Shown here: piece by piece, positions 32,560 through 48,480 of the stretch | Layout: each line of letters opens with the position of its first letter | How positions within the stretch are numbered: position 1 is the first letter of the stretch | Assembly: GCF_009914755.1 (NCBI RefSeq) | Contig: NC_060935.1 | From: the human T2T-CHM13v2.0 reference genome, Homo sapiens | DNA: 64,000 bases | Reading direction: 5' to 3' (one strand) | The notes under the pieces: model-generated | What the model was told of the DNA's origin: nothing | The model's database searches: none | What the model saw: the letters and a program-made list of their open reading frames with translations, nothing else | Position numbers and translations under genes: made by a program

Positions 32560-32985
32560 TAGCAATTCAGTAAGCTAAATAATAGCTTCTATAACCAACA
32601 GCCCCAAATGTCCAGGACTGGAGTGATAACTAACAGATTTCCTAATTTTTTGTTTCTACTTCTAACTTAAGGCCAATCGAAGAAAGCCAAATATACACCG
32701 TTACATAGGATGTCCCACTTCTGGTTAGCCTATGCCAGCTAACCATATGGTATAGCCTATGCCAGCTATACCATAACCAAATTATGGCAGCTTCCCCATG
32801 CCAGCAGCCACCAATCAGAGAACACCTAAAGTCTTCTCTTTGTGTTCCACTGTAAAGCTTTCTCACTCTTGCGCCTGCCTTGCAGTTGCTGATTAAATGC
32901 AAGTAACAGTGGCTTCCTCTCTTGCTCTCGCAAGGTCCAAATAAATAGCCTTTGCTTTTTTCATTTGACTGATCTTGTTTAATTT
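32560..32985 (+). mobile_element. MER31 (ERV1) LTR
   Basis: ataaccaacagccccaaatgtccaggact...gaaagccaaatata...cataggatgtcccacttctggttagcc. Confidence 0.7.
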
Positions 32986-33696
32986 CCACATATTTTTTTC
33001 TGCAGGAGTAAACATATCTTCAACTTTTGACTTCCATGGTAATAGAGTACCCTTAAGACCATTCATATATATATATATGCATATGTATACAAACACACAT
33101 TATATAATGGTATGTGCGTTTGTGTGTGCATGCATGCTTGTGTAAACATTATATATTCAGGCTTTTTCATTAAGATCTCATCATGTTTGGATGATAAATA
33201 CATATTTTTTGCAAATAGTTAATGGTTTGTATTCCCCGAGGGCTCAGTCCAAAACTCTCTTCTATTTCTTTCTCTATCTTTTTTTTCCTTCATCACTACT
33301 CCTCCGAAGATGACTCTTGAGTTTATATTTTTTGCCCAGGTCTTTCAGGAGAGCTTCAGACCTTATATCCTACTACCTCTTGAGTTGCATAAAGGCACCA
33401 CAACTCAATACGGGTTAGTGATCTTCTTCTACAAACCCGATACCCTTTCAGTGTTTCCAAAGTTGATGAATGGCACCATGATTCACCTAGCTGAGAAAGC
33501 TAGATCCCTAGGTATCATCACTGACACCTTCTCCTTTCCTTATTCGCCATATCACATCCGCATCCATTTATCTAGCCCTGTCCATTTTATCTTCTAAATA
33601 TCTATCAGTATTCTGAGAGTAAGGACCCACTTTTCTGTTTCATTGCCATTTCCATCCAGGTCTGTCATCTTTTACCTAGCATTCTGCAATAACATC

Positions 33697-34178
33697 TGTT
33701 TTAGTTTCCTAAGGCTACGATAATAAACTGTCAAAAACTGGGTAGCTTAAAACCACAGAAATTGGTCTCAGGTCTGGAGGCTAGAAGTGGGAAATCTGTG
33801 TGTTGGCAGGGCAATGCTCTCTCTGATGGCTGTAGGGGAGAACTCTTCCTTGACTGTCTCCTAGTTCCTCATGTTTGGTGGCAATCTTTGGCATTCCTCA
33901 GCTGGTATATGCATCTCTTCAATCACAAGGCTGTCTTCTCCCTGTTTGTCTTCAAGTTATCTTCCTTCTAAACATGTATATATCTGTGTCCAAATTTCCC
34001 TCTTTTATATGGAAACTCATGAAATTGATTTAGAGCCCACCCTAAAGACTGACGTCATCTTACCTTGATTATCTCCGTAAAGACTTACTCTCCATGTAAG
34101 GTCACATTCTAAAGTGCAAATTCTGGAGGTTAAGATTTCAACATATCTTTCTTGGGGGTACAATTCAACCTTTAATAG
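33697..34178 (-). mobile_element. MLT1 (MaLR) LTR
   Basis: tgttttagtttcctaaggct...ctggaggctagaagt...ggggtacaattcaacc. Confidence 0.8.
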
Positions 34179-34184
34179 AGTCTA

Positions 34185-34496
<312 letters not shown>

Positions 34497-34725
34497 TTAA
34501 TTTTCTCTACATGCCCAATAATCTATTTCTGTTCATAAATAAGAGTAGACTTTTCAAAATATAACCTTATCATTTATTTCCTCCTTAAAATTCTTTCATG
34601 CTGTTCTACTAGTCTTAGAATAAAAGCAACATTCCTTTAATATGACCCACAAGGGTCTTAGTCTGGTTTAGCATACCTGCCATACCACGCCCCAGTCCTT
34701 CACAGGTTTGTGTTTAGACCAAAAC

Positions 34726-34726
<1 letters not shown>

Positions 34727-34771
<45 letters not shown>

Positions 34772-34966
34772 TACACATATATATATATGTATATACATAT
34801 ATATGTGTATATATATATATACACACACATATATATATGTATATACATATATATGTATATATATATATACGTATATACATATATATGTATATATATATAT
34901 ACACACACACAAGCATTATATAAACAAACATTATATATATAAACAAATATTATATATAAATATATA
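34727..34966. repeat. (TA)n/(CA)n/(TATG) compound microsatellite
   Basis: Direct reading. Confidence 0.95.
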
Positions 34967-35053
34967 ATTTTTTTTTTTGCTTGTTGTGCTTCCTCTTGCC
35001 CAGGGCTGTTTTACAATTTCTCCTGTTTAGAATGTTCCTTCATCCTCCTTTTA

Positions 35054-35057
<4 letters not shown>

Positions 35058-35098
<41 letters not shown>

Positions 35099-35103
35099 TG
35101 TGT
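35058..35103. repeat. (TG)n microsatellite
   Basis: Direct reading. Confidence 0.95.
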
Positions 35104-36235
35104 ATTCTTAGGATTTTTTTAAGAAAATCCTTCCCCAGCCCTATATTACTCTGTATGTCTTCATTCCAGAACTGTAATTCCGTTATCTATGTAAAAATGT
35201 AATTAATATCTGTCCCTTCAAGTGGACTCTGAGCTTTACCAAGCGCAAGAAAACACAGTTGGCCTTTTCACCATTCTATCTCCAGTCTCTAGTAAAATGA
35301 CTGCCACATCATGGGTGCTCAAAATAGTTTTTTGACTTGAAGAATAAATGATTGGATAAATGAATCAGATGTATGTAATTTAGAGCAGTTTTTTTAAACT
35401 CTCAATGTTAAAAGGCTAGTTGTTTTCTTAATCATTTGTGAAATTAAAAAAAATTAAACCCAAATTGCTATAGAAGTCTTAAATGCCTTTACCTTCTATG
35501 CTTATGTCATCATGAACCAACAGTCAACAGTTTGCTGACTGATGCCAGCCCATAGACCGTGCTTTAAATAGCACCGATCTTCATGTCTTCCCTAATTTAG
35601 TGATTCTGTCATCCTAAGAAATATGAAACTAAATTGATCTCTTTGCAGGATAAGGAATTTTTATATTCTATTTAAAAATAAAAATACATGCATAGTAAAG
35701 CATTGCCATTTAACTTACTTATTTGCTCAGAACACTGCAACCTGAACACTGGGCATTTTTCAACCAGAGTTCACTGCTAGATTTTTATCCTCTTTTCATT
35801 TTCCACTCCCTCCATGGCCTTCTTAAGGGGGAGTACCTGAACCATAAAGTAAGCCCAGAGTAGCTATCTGCCACTTTGATCAACTCAACCTGTTAATATT
35901 TTTCGGGATCAGGTACCATGAGTTACAGTGGTTATGCAGGTGGGCACTTCCCATCTGAAAGTGGTAGTAATGAATTATTCATCTACCAGCTTGTCAAACT
36001 GCAGATTGCTAACCTACAAGTAACTGCAAGAGTCTTATTTCTTCCAGGAAAGGTGAAAAATCTAACTGAATACATAGATTAACTTCTTTAGATGGGGAAA
36101 ACATTATCAGTCAATACTCCAAATTACTAATAATAACTATAAAATACAACAGTTTGAGTCTTAGAATTCTAGATCTTAAGAATAGTCATATATCTATTCC
36201 TAAGATTTAGAAGCAGACATATATATATAGCTATT

Positions 36236-36941
36236 CTAATGAAAGCAAAACCAGGTTTAAATATATATAATATTTATTTAAATGTATATTATGTTTAAAT
36301 ATATATATTTATTTAAATGTATATTATGTTTAAATATATATATTTATTTAAATATATATTATAGTTAAATATATAATATATAAATATATAATATATAACA
36401 AATATATAATATTTTATATGTTAATATATAATATATAAATATATAATATATAACAAATATATAATATTTTATATGTTAATATATAATATATAACAAATAT
36501 ATAATATACTTTATATGTTAATATATAATATATAACAAATATATAATAAATTTATATATGTTAATATTACATATAATATATAACAAATATATATTTACAT
36601 ATGTTAATTTTATATATATTTAAACTTGGCTTTTATTAGAAATATATTAATATTTAATATATATTGAATATTATATAATATACAATTATTAATATTATAT
36701 ACTATATAATCATTAATTATTATATATAATATATAATTAATAATTATATAGTATATAATATTAATAATTATATATTATATTAATATATAATATTAATATA
36801 ATATATAATGTATATTTAAATATGTATTATATTTAAATATGTATTATATTTAAATATATAATATAATATATAAATTATATATAATATATATTTATATGTT
36901 AATATTATATATATATTTAAATCTGGCTTTGCTTTTATTAG
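36236..36941. repeat. AT-rich minisatellite with nested inverted repeats (palindromic)
   Basis: Outer arms ctaatgaaagcaaaaccaggtttaaatatatata / tatatatttaaatctggctttgcttttattag; inner ~48 bp arms around position 36726. Confidence 0.9.
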
Positions 36942-38091
36942 GGTTTTTCTGAAACCAAAGACAGATCATCAGTAGTTGGATAGGTACTTTGTTTGTCACC
37001 TAGAGTCCTGGTGAAGTTTCTGGTAGAATTTTTTTTCCTCCTTAGGGAGACTGCTTATTTGGAAATATAAAGAATAAACTGTCTGGCACAAAATTACTTT
37101 TGCAGCAAGTGGCAAGTGGTGCATACCCTAAGACATTTATGGTGATAGCTATTAGCTAAACTTCCAAATTCAAAGAAAATAAAAGGAAAAATTCTATGTC
37201 TACAGCTATTTTTAAATCTTGAAATAAATCAAGATATCTGCTCAGAAGATGTAGATATCAACCAATCATTGACTTCACCAATAAATATTCCATGATTCTT
37301 GAGCTATGAAATCTATTGGATGAGAGGTGATAGATTAGCCAGGGATAGAAAGGACAGAGATTACCTATTCTGTCATAGACTACCAAAGAGGAACTCCATG
37401 CTCTGGAGGACTCTTCTCTGGTCCTCTTCTACTCACATCCCACCCCATGAGACAAAGGGTCTGTAGTCCAATGGGTTATGTCTTCCAGGAACCCATGTCC
37501 CTTCTTCTTGAGCATTCTTCAGGTACTTGGTACATATGAAATTTTCTGCCCTTGCAGCCTATACTGACTTGGAGGTTCTTCATTGGCCTTTTCAAGAGAT
37601 TTAACTCATAAAAAGGCAGAACACATCACAAGTATGTAAACTCATAAGCTCAATGGGTGGCCAAGAGATAACTGTGTGTCTGCAGAGCTTAAATATACAG
37701 GCTAGGGTACCTACACACATGTACATGAGGCCTCTGAAGGTGCAGGATGGGTGCATATAAAGGAGGAGGGAGAGGCAAGCCAACGTGGCTCCATTTTCTA
37801 GCATGCAACTCCAAGAGATACAATAATCATATATTCATATCTGGTCTGCTAGGTCATTTGTAATGATGCATTTGCCCATGTAGGAGAATGGAAAAAATTT
37901 AAAATAGTATATTTAATAGAATGATTTCAGTTTCAAGATATCTAGGCATATGCTATATGTGTCTCCATTTTCTCCTGTCCTGTTGCACCTATGTTAGGGA
38001 AGATCTGCAGAAGGCACACTCAAAAGGAATAAGTAAACAGAGTTTAATGCAGGAATATTTACGAAGGTGTTAAAAAGGTTAAGAAAAATCC

Positions 38092-38464
<373 letters not shown>

Positions 38465-39409
38465 CTACCATTACCAGGCCTGAGGACAATGGTAGGGGGA
38501 ACTTGTGATTAGAACCCAGAAATAAATTAGCTAAGAAGAAGGCTTCTCTACAGAAGTTGGGACCCTTAATAAGAGCCATACAATCACTGTGAACCCACAG
38601 CCTGGTGGAGAGACAGCTAAATGAATACCATAAACCTCTAACTTATTTGGCACTCTGTCTTCTGCTGGTATCTTCTATGTGTTCAACCTAATCATAAGCC
38701 AGAAGAAAAGAGGAACTGATTGGTACAGTCTATAGAGTTCAGCCTCTCAGCTTAAAATGCAGAATGGTGAAGGGTAGAGAGGAGGAGAGGTAAATGGAGA
38801 TTATCCAGCATGGAATGGCATCAAACAATGTCCAGATTCAAATTCTTTCTTTTAATAACTGTGGGGCTTGAGGAAACTATTAATTCAAAGTCTCCATGTC
38901 CTCATTTGTAAAATGGGTCTCTTATAATGCTTACATTATGGGGATGTAAAAAGGAAATAACATTTGTAAACAATTTACCATGGTATTAGTCAACTGGTAG
39001 ATGGTTCATAAACATTAGCTTATATTAGGTGGTTATGGAATTTCACAAGGTGAAGTCACTATTCACAGATCTTCCAATCATAAATGCTAACAATTATTTA
39101 TTCATTAAGATAACATTTGTTTAGTGCCTAGTATGTTTCAGCCACTGTACTGGGCTATAGGGTACAGAAATTTAAAATAAAAATAAAAATAAAAATCCTT
39201 GTTTCCTCAGAGTAAATAAGAAAAGGCCCTGCGTTAATGTAGTTTTTAAATTGACTTGGAGTAAAAAACAAATAAATAGGCATTTTCTATACAGAAACTA
39301 AGCACAAGTGATATAGTATCTAAAGATTTTGGAATCAGAGTTTTTAGATTTAAATCTCAGATTTTCTGCTTACTATATATATATATATTTTTTTTTTTTT
39401 ACTTTGGGC

Positions 39410-39968
39410 AATTTTCCAGTTACACCAGAGATCAGCAGCTTAAAGCAGTCATTTTATTACATTCACATATTCCATGGTCATGGATTTAGGAAAAAAACAT
39501 AATGATAACATATTTCTACTGCTTGTAACTGCAACTAAGAGGATTCAAAACTCTCAAGGTGACTATGGCTGAGGGCTGGAATGATCAAATGATCAGGAGG
39601 TATTCTTATTCACATATCTAGCAGTAGACACTGCCTGGGGCCCGGGCTGGGGCTGTTGGCCAGACATTAGCTATACCCAGTCTCTGTTATCGGGGCTTCC
39701 TAAGAGCATGGCAGCCTCAGACCTTTTAGCTGGCTCAAGAGTCCAAAAATGAGTGCTTAAAGAGAACCAGTGGGGAGCCACTGATACAGTTCCCAGTCTA
39801 GCTTTGGAAGTCACAGAGTATCTCTTCTATAGTGACAAATCCATCCAGATTCAGGGATAAGAAACATAGAACCTATCTTTCGGTAGAGGAAGTGTTATAG
39901 TCACATTATAAGAGTGCACACGTAAGATAAGAAACATTGTTGCAGCTTTCTTTTGGTAAATACAACCG
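39410..39968 (-). mobile_element. Old MLT1 (MaLR) LTR inserted in a MIR
   Basis: gcttaaagcagtcattttatt...ctggggctgttggccag...tggaagtcacagagtatctcttc. Confidence 0.55.
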
Positions 39969-41438
39969 TACTTGACCTCTCTATAACTGTTTTTCTCATC
40001 TATAATATGGAGACTCTATAATATGGAGATTCTCCGTAACTGTTTTCTCATCATTGAGACTCTATAATACGGAGATTCTCCGTAACTGTTTTCTCATCTA
40101 CACAGAGGTTCATCTGGAATATGGAGATTCTTTTAGCCTATTATTGAATATAATATTCAATAAGAATATTAAATAGGATAACATATATGCTTGAAATTGT
40201 GTCTGATATGTAAATATTTAATAAAGGTTCGGTAATATTTTAAAGAACCAGATACCATTAGAAAAACATAAGTAAGATCACTAAGCTTGTGTTAAGGGAT
40301 CCATCAGGCAATATATCAAAGTTTAGATGTAAAGGATAGGTATGAATTACCCAAGTGAAACACAAAGAAAAAGGAATTTGTTTCTCATTAACCAAAAGCT
40401 GAGATGATATAACACAGAGGCTCAACAAAACAATAACTTTAAAAACCATGCTTATTTCTCAATTTTAACTGAATATGAATGCCTAGGTCAGCAACATTTC
40501 ATTGACAATTATGGCCCTGACCTCCTTTCAAGTCTACTGCTCATCTTCCTAATGCATAGGTGTTGTCTGATGTTACTGCCAAAGTTGGTCACATAATATT
40601 TGGGTTCCAAATAGTGCAGGATGTGAGCAAAAGGTGAAAAAACATACTCAATGTATTTAGACCCAGGTCTAGAAGCAACACACATTGCTTCTGCACACCT
40701 TCCCCTGGGAAAGAACTAGGCCATGTGACTTTACCTAATTGCAAAGATAGTGGGAAATATAATCTGGCTTGGCAGCCATATACCCAATAAGAAGAGTAAA
40801 ATCGATATAGATGGAGATGAATTATGGTTTTGTTACAATAGCTGGAAATTTGATTCATCCATATTTCTTAACATGGCACAGGAGAGCACGTCTGGGCAGG
40901 ATGTGCTTGCAAAACAAGGGAATAAAGGAAGTGTTTATTTATTGTGCATATTTTTTCATACTTTTTATGTACATAGCAAGAAACATTAACTAATATTGAT
41001 ATGTCAGAAATGGTGGCCGTATTTTAAAATCCAGTTGTATTTTTAAAAATTTCTGGACTCTAATTCTAACATTTGGAAATATAGTAACTGATATTATATA
41101 TAAAATATACAACCATTCTCTAAGAAGTGACTTCCCAGAAAGATGACTTTATTTCAGCAAATAATATCCCAATTTGGTTTCAGTTATTACATATAAATAA
41201 GTTAATATACTTCAGTTATCCTGAAATTTTTTTTTACTGGTAACTAACACTTGTGAGCATCTGCAAACTTATGTATGAAGCTGTCAAAATGACTCAATGA
41301 CAACTATTGAAATGTAATAATAATTTTATAACCAGTAGCTGAAAAAAAGAACTGAGATTAGCTTATAGTTGTATAAGTGATAAGTATTTGGAAAGAGAAT
41401 AGACTTAATGGATTTGGAAGTTAAGAAAGGCATCTAAC

Positions 41439-41752
41439 GGCCAGGTGCAGTGGCTCACGCCTACGATCCCAGCACTTTGGGAGGTCAAGGCAGGTAGATC
41501 ATTTGAGGTGAGGAGTTCGAGACTAGCCTGGCCAAGATGGTGAAACTCCATCTCTACTAAAAATGCAAAAATTAGCCAGGCGGCAGTGGCACATGCCTGT
41601 AATCCCAGCTACTCGGGAGGCTAAGGCAGGAGGATCGCTTGAACTCAGGAGGCTGGAGGTTGTGGTGAGCTGAGATCGCACCACTGTACTCCAGTCTGGG
41701 CAACAGAGTGAGACCCTGTCTCAAAAGGAAAGAACAAAGAAAAAAGAAAAAA
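41439..41752 (+). mobile_element. AluS
   Basis: Full dimer, catctaa in both flanks. Confidence 0.92.
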
Positions 41753-41886
41753 GTCATCTAAGTGGAGCACTGAAGCTTTGTGCAAGTTACAGAGGCACAA
41801 GTTCTAGGAGCAAATACATCTGAGTTTCTGAACTCCCCCCCTGCCAGTTACTAGCTGTGTCACTCTGAGAAGGTCATCTAACTTCT

Positions 41887-42014
41887 TTTTTTGTTTGTTT
41901 GTTTTTTTTGAGATGGAGTCTCGCTCTGTCGCCCAGGCTGGAGTGCAATGGCACGATCTCGGCTCACTGCAGGCTCTGCCCGCCAGGTTCATGCCATTCT
42001 CCTGCCTCAGCCTC
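41887..42014 (-). mobile_element. 5'-truncated AluY-like right arm inserted in a MIR
   Basis: TSD tcatctaacttct at 41874-41886 and 42013-42025. Confidence 0.88.
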
Positions 42015-42962
42015 ATCTAACTTCTATGAACCCATTTTTTCCTTTAAATTTATAGTATCTACCTTACATTAAATAGAAATATTATAACTATAATGTCAAT
42101 TTATATACACATAAAATGAGTAATCAAGTATCAAGTCACAACATGTGCTTCCTTGTGAAAATCTCTCTCCATCAGAGCAACTTTCTCCATCTGCAACCCA
42201 AGAGAAACTCTGCAAAGCACATCACAATATATCAGGAGCCAAAGGCTGAGGATTTCATCCTTGCATTGAGAAAATATGTCAATATAGGAAGAGAATACTG
42301 CACAGAAATACAAAATCTAGTGAATATTATTTATGAGAAAGTGATCATCTAAAATAAGATGATGTACCAAAAAAATTGAAAACCAATAATTTTCCATTTT
42401 AGGAAATCCAGTATGATACAAACTCAGTAACATCTTGAAGCACATTTATATAAATTCTTTGGAATAATAAATAATAAACCTGCTAAAAGAATAAGTATGT
42501 CTTTTATTTCTCCTTTTAGAATGAATTCACCTTTTTAGATATGAAGGTAGGAAAAGAAATAATTCACTTTCAAACAAATACAGAATGGTATTCAAAATCT
42601 GTCCTAGAAAACGTGTCAATAATCCTAGAGGATAAGCAGAATGCTCTAATTCGAGACAGCAGGAAAGAAAAGGAATGTGAAATTTAGCAGTAAGGTGTGA
42701 TGAATCCAAATGTTAGCTTGTGTTGTAAAAAAATACATTCTTCAGTATTTAGTAAGTTTATCATGCTTTGGTGTTAAATTACAGTACATGAAGCTTTATG
42801 AGATGAATATTCACCTTTTTTAACATCTCCAATTTTTTCTAGGCCAATGTAGTAGTGAACATAATAAATATTTTGCTCAGGTAATTTCTCTATGTTACGG
42901 CAATTACATCAAATTTCATAAACACTTATTATGTGAGTGTTATATGAAAAGCATAAGGCTAA

Positions 42963-43235
42963 GGCCATGCATGGTGGCTCACGCCTGTAATCCCAACACT
43001 TTGGGAGGCTGAGGCAGGTGTTTCACCTGAGGTCATGAGTTCAAGGCTAGCCTGGCCAACCCGGTGAAACCCCATCTCTACTAAAAATACAAAAATTAGC
43101 TGGGTGTGGTGGTGAGTGCCTATAATCCCAGCTACTTGGGAGGCTGAGGCCGGAAAATTGCTTGAACCCAGGAAGAGTTTGCAGTGAGCCAAGATCATGG
43201 CACTCCAGCCTGGGTGACAGAGTGAGACTCCGTCT

Positions 43236-43267
<32 letters not shown>
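42963..43267 (+). mobile_element. AluS
   Basis: Dimer, long A tail, TSD aaaagca(t/c)aaggcta. Confidence 0.93.
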
Positions 43268-43268
<1 letters not shown>

Positions 43269-43728
43269 CACAAGGCTAGAGGAAACTGAAGGGATACATA
43301 AGCAAATAAATTACGATGCCTTACAGATTAAGGGAGGTGGACCACTGACATATGTTGAGACATTCTTATAATGTTGATGTCACTTTTATTTTAAAACAAA
43401 ACAAAAATTGAAATCAGACAATATTTTTACACAATGACATTTGTTTTAAAATAAGAATTTTGAGAGAAAATATGTTTGATTACATTAAAGAAGGACATTT
43501 TAATTTCATGGTAAGTGGTACTGAAGCAGGGTTCTTTGGCAGAGAGAGTACTTAATCCCAGCCTTGAGAAATGTATAGGAATTCAAGAGGTAGAGTTTGT
43601 ACAACTAGCGGAGAAGGAACACCACAAATAAAGGCATAAAGAAAGTGGATCTTCATGTAAAAATAAGTGGTCCTTTGTGCTTATAGTAGAGTATATGTAC
43701 TAGAATAACAAATAAGAAATAATTTTTA

Positions 43729-44094
<366 letters not shown>

Positions 44095-44687
44095 GAACTT
44101 TATTGATATATAATTCAATACCACACAATATTCACATCTGAAATGCACAATTCAATGTTTTTAACTATATTCACAAAGTTGTGCAATCATTACCACAGTC
44201 AATTTTAGAACACTTTCATGACTCTGAAAAGAAACCTTGGACTGATTAGCAATTGCTACCCATTTATTGACAGTGCAGAAAAGGGAGTTTGGTCTATTCT
44301 GTGAAGGACCTTAGATCTTTATTCACTAGGTTATCAGTGCAAAAATGTCAGTGTGTTTTAGTACTAGGGTAACATGATCACCTGTTTGTTTGTGGAAAAT
44401 TATTCTAGTAGCAGTGTGTAGTACGGAAAAAAAGCATTTGAATAAGAGGAATCTATTTTCACTGTCTTTTCCATGTTCTCCAAATATGCTCTAATTCTAT
44501 CTAACCAAAACATCTTTACACTGCTCTATGGATTACATTCCACAGAAATTTCTTCCTTTGTAGTATTTTAAGCAAACCAGTAAATATTTACTAAGTACCA
44601 TTTGCTTACAACTGAGCTACTCTCTTTTCCCTTGGTTCAATTTGATTTTCCTTAGACTTCACTTTAGAGCACAGTAATTATCATTTA

Positions 44688-45001
<314 letters not shown>

Positions 45002-46166
45002 TCAGTGCTTTCTTATAAGGCACACATCTACCAAATGTCAGAAACATGACTGGGTGACTGGTCTCATGTCTTTAGGGTCAGACCTTTTTCCATCATATAA
45101 CACAGCTACCTCCTCAGCTGTTGGCCATGATCTGCTGTTAACTTTTAGTCATGAAATTGACAACTTCTTCCTTTACCCAGAAGTATGTAGAATCTAAGCA
45201 GTTTGGGAGGGGTTAGGATACAACATGGTTATACTGATCTTCAGATTTGTTTAAAAATGTTTTAGAAATCTAATTGTAGAATTAGAAATGGCTTAGGAAA
45301 TGGATTTTGTTTTTTAAAATATTTAAGAGTATAGAATTATCCTAGAATGAATTTGACAAGAAAAGTGCATGAGCAATAAACCTAAACATAAGACAATTTA
45401 AACCTTTTGTTAATACTAATTAGTGAGTAGATAATACACAGAAGGCACGTTTGTAGACTATAGACAATCCAGTCATGTTTGGTAGATGTGTGTCTTATGA
45501 GAAAGCACTGATATTTCTGACTGTGAGTTTTCTTACTTTAAAAATAAAGATAATAATCCCACTAGATTAACTTTCAGATAACTTGGAGCAATATGTAAAA
45601 TGATCATTGCTATGCTCTAAAGTTCTAAGGAAAATCAAATTGAACCAAGGGAAAAGAGAGCAGACCAGTTGTCTCAAAGCAGAAATTCCTAAACTGACTG
45701 TTCTTAATAATAACTTTTAAGTAATAATCAATTCTGTTATGCATACGGCCACTAAGTAATAAAATTTTGCAGGTTATTAAGGCCATATTAATGTACCATT
45801 TGAGAGCAATTCCGTGAGGTAGAAAGCTAAGAGAGGTACAAAGATTTGCCTAAGGCATTGGAGTCCAGGTCTTCTGACTGCAAATGACAATGGCATTTGA
45901 AAGGGCTAAAACCCAGAATGCACCATTCCTAGTTCTGGCTTTCCAAAGGAAGTCCTCTTCATTGATGAAGGTTTAGACAAAGTTCTATTCCCAATGTAAG
46001 TGCTTGACACTGGGTGGGCCCTGACCTATCACAAGCTTAAAAACCCAGGAGAGTATTTTCTAATGAGCCATATCAAGTGTAATTTAAGCGAAATGAAGAC
46101 AAATTATTCTTCCCTACTCAAGCCCACACCTTAACATCGGCTTCCCAAGTGTACCAATTACATTCA

Positions 46167-46782
<616 letters not shown>

Positions 46783-47002
46783 CATTCAATTATATTCTAA
46801 GTTTCTAGCACCCACAATGAATCATTGTTTTATCTATAGTAATTGTTTTTCTAACTTGCTGACTTGCATGAGGTGCCTTGGAATGCTGAGGCTTAATTTC
46901 TCCTTTTCTTGGGCATTGTTTGAGGAATATGTGGAGACGGGGAGAACTTTGAATTTTGTATGACTTCTTTCACTCCTTGATACTTCTTTATTTTAGTGCC
47001 AC

Positions 47003-47710
47003 TCATTAAAAAGTCAGGAAACAACAGGTGCTAGAGAGGATGTGGAGAAATAGGAACACTATTACACTGTTGGTGGGACTGTAAACTAGTTCAACCATTG
47101 TGGAAGTCGGTGTGGCGATTCCTCAGGGATCTAGAACTAGAAATACCATTTGACCCAGCCATCCCATTACTGGGTATATACCCAAAGGATTATAAATCAT
47201 GCTGCTATAAAGACACATGCACACGTATGTTTATTGTGGCACTATTCACAATAGCAAAGACTTGGAACCAACCCAAATATCCAACAATGACAGACTGGAT
47301 TAAGAAAATGTGGCACATATACACCATGGAATACTATGCAGCCATAAAAAAGGATGAGTTCATGTCCTTTGTAGGGACATGGATGAAGCTGGAAACCATC
47401 ATTCTCAGCAAACTATCTCAAGGACAAAAAACCAAACACTGCATGTTCTCACTCATAGGTGGGAAATGAACAATGAGAACATGTGGACACAGGAAGGGGA
47501 ACATCACACACCGGGGACTGTTGTGGGGTGGGGGGAGTGGGGAGGGATAGCATTAGGAGATATACCTAATGCTAAATGACGAGTTAATGGGTGCAGCACA
47601 CCAACATGGCACATGTATACATATGTAACAAACCTGCACATTGTGCACATGTATCCTAAAACTTAAAGTATAATAATAATAAAAAAAATTATAATAAAAG
47701 AAAAAAAAAA
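47003..47710 (+). mobile_element. 5'-truncated L1PA (L1PA4-like) 3' end
   Basis: ORF2 C-terminus 47098-47469; 3' UTR gctaaatgacgagttaatgggtgcagcacaccaac; A-rich tail. Confidence 0.9.
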
Positions 47711-47994
47711 CTTTAACAGGCATAGACCACGGTGTTTCATCAACCATTTTCCAATCTATTTATTGTCAAACATAAAAGCCTATCTAAAGAAAGAGGCCCA
47801 GGGTAGATACATGGGATCAAAACACAGAGGAAGTTCTGGGCTTTGGAGCTCTTGGAACTCTGGAATGAGACAATGCCCTACAAACAGGATATTCAAGTGA
47901 TTCAGAAATTAGCATCCATGCTGTATAATGCAGCTTCTTTCTTTTGCCATTAAAAGGAGGATGGCGATGATGAATTTCCCCAGGTACACCCCTA

Positions 47995-48480
47995 ACATCC
48001 CTAACATCAGCAAGAGTACAAATGGAGAATAGTTTGACATTTATCTAAATATTTAAAAGATATAAATCAAGCTGCTAAAAAAAAATCTATTCCTGACTTT
48101 TGTAATGACATGGAAGGTCAGGTTTGACTTTAGAATTCTAAGACACCTCAGAGTCCCATGCCAGACTTGGCTGTATGAGGAGGGTTGGTCTGGGTCCAGC
48201 AACCTTTTTTTTTTTTTTTTCTGCTATATTTTACTCTGTGGCATTTAGGGGCCTCACTTGCTTTGGGGGCTACCTCAGCCCAGAGTCCCCAACCCCATGT
48301 ATGTCTCCTCACCTAAACATCCTTACTTGAGGTCTAGAGGTCAGTACATCACCAGAGAAGCCCACAGATCCCTCCTTGAAAGCCCTCTCAGAGTCAACGA
48401 AGGCAGGGAATTCTTGCATTCCGAGTCTCTGCAGCACGATCCAGAAGAGGACATGTGTTAAGTGTGGGCATATTTCTGGA
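47995..48480. mobile_element. Ancient hAT-type DNA transposon relic (related copy in opposite orientation at ~37700-38000)
   Basis: gcaagagtacaaatggag...aaatatttaaaagatataaatcaagct...ggaaggtcagg; family uncertain. Confidence 0.4.

Noticed and set aside
34668-34967. Overlapping Y/I-rich ORFs
   Set aside because: Translations of the TA/CA microsatellite
39975-40132. Repeat-spacer (CRISPR-like) appearance
   Set aside because: Eukaryotic MIR context, irregular overlapping units, no unique spacers and no cas genes
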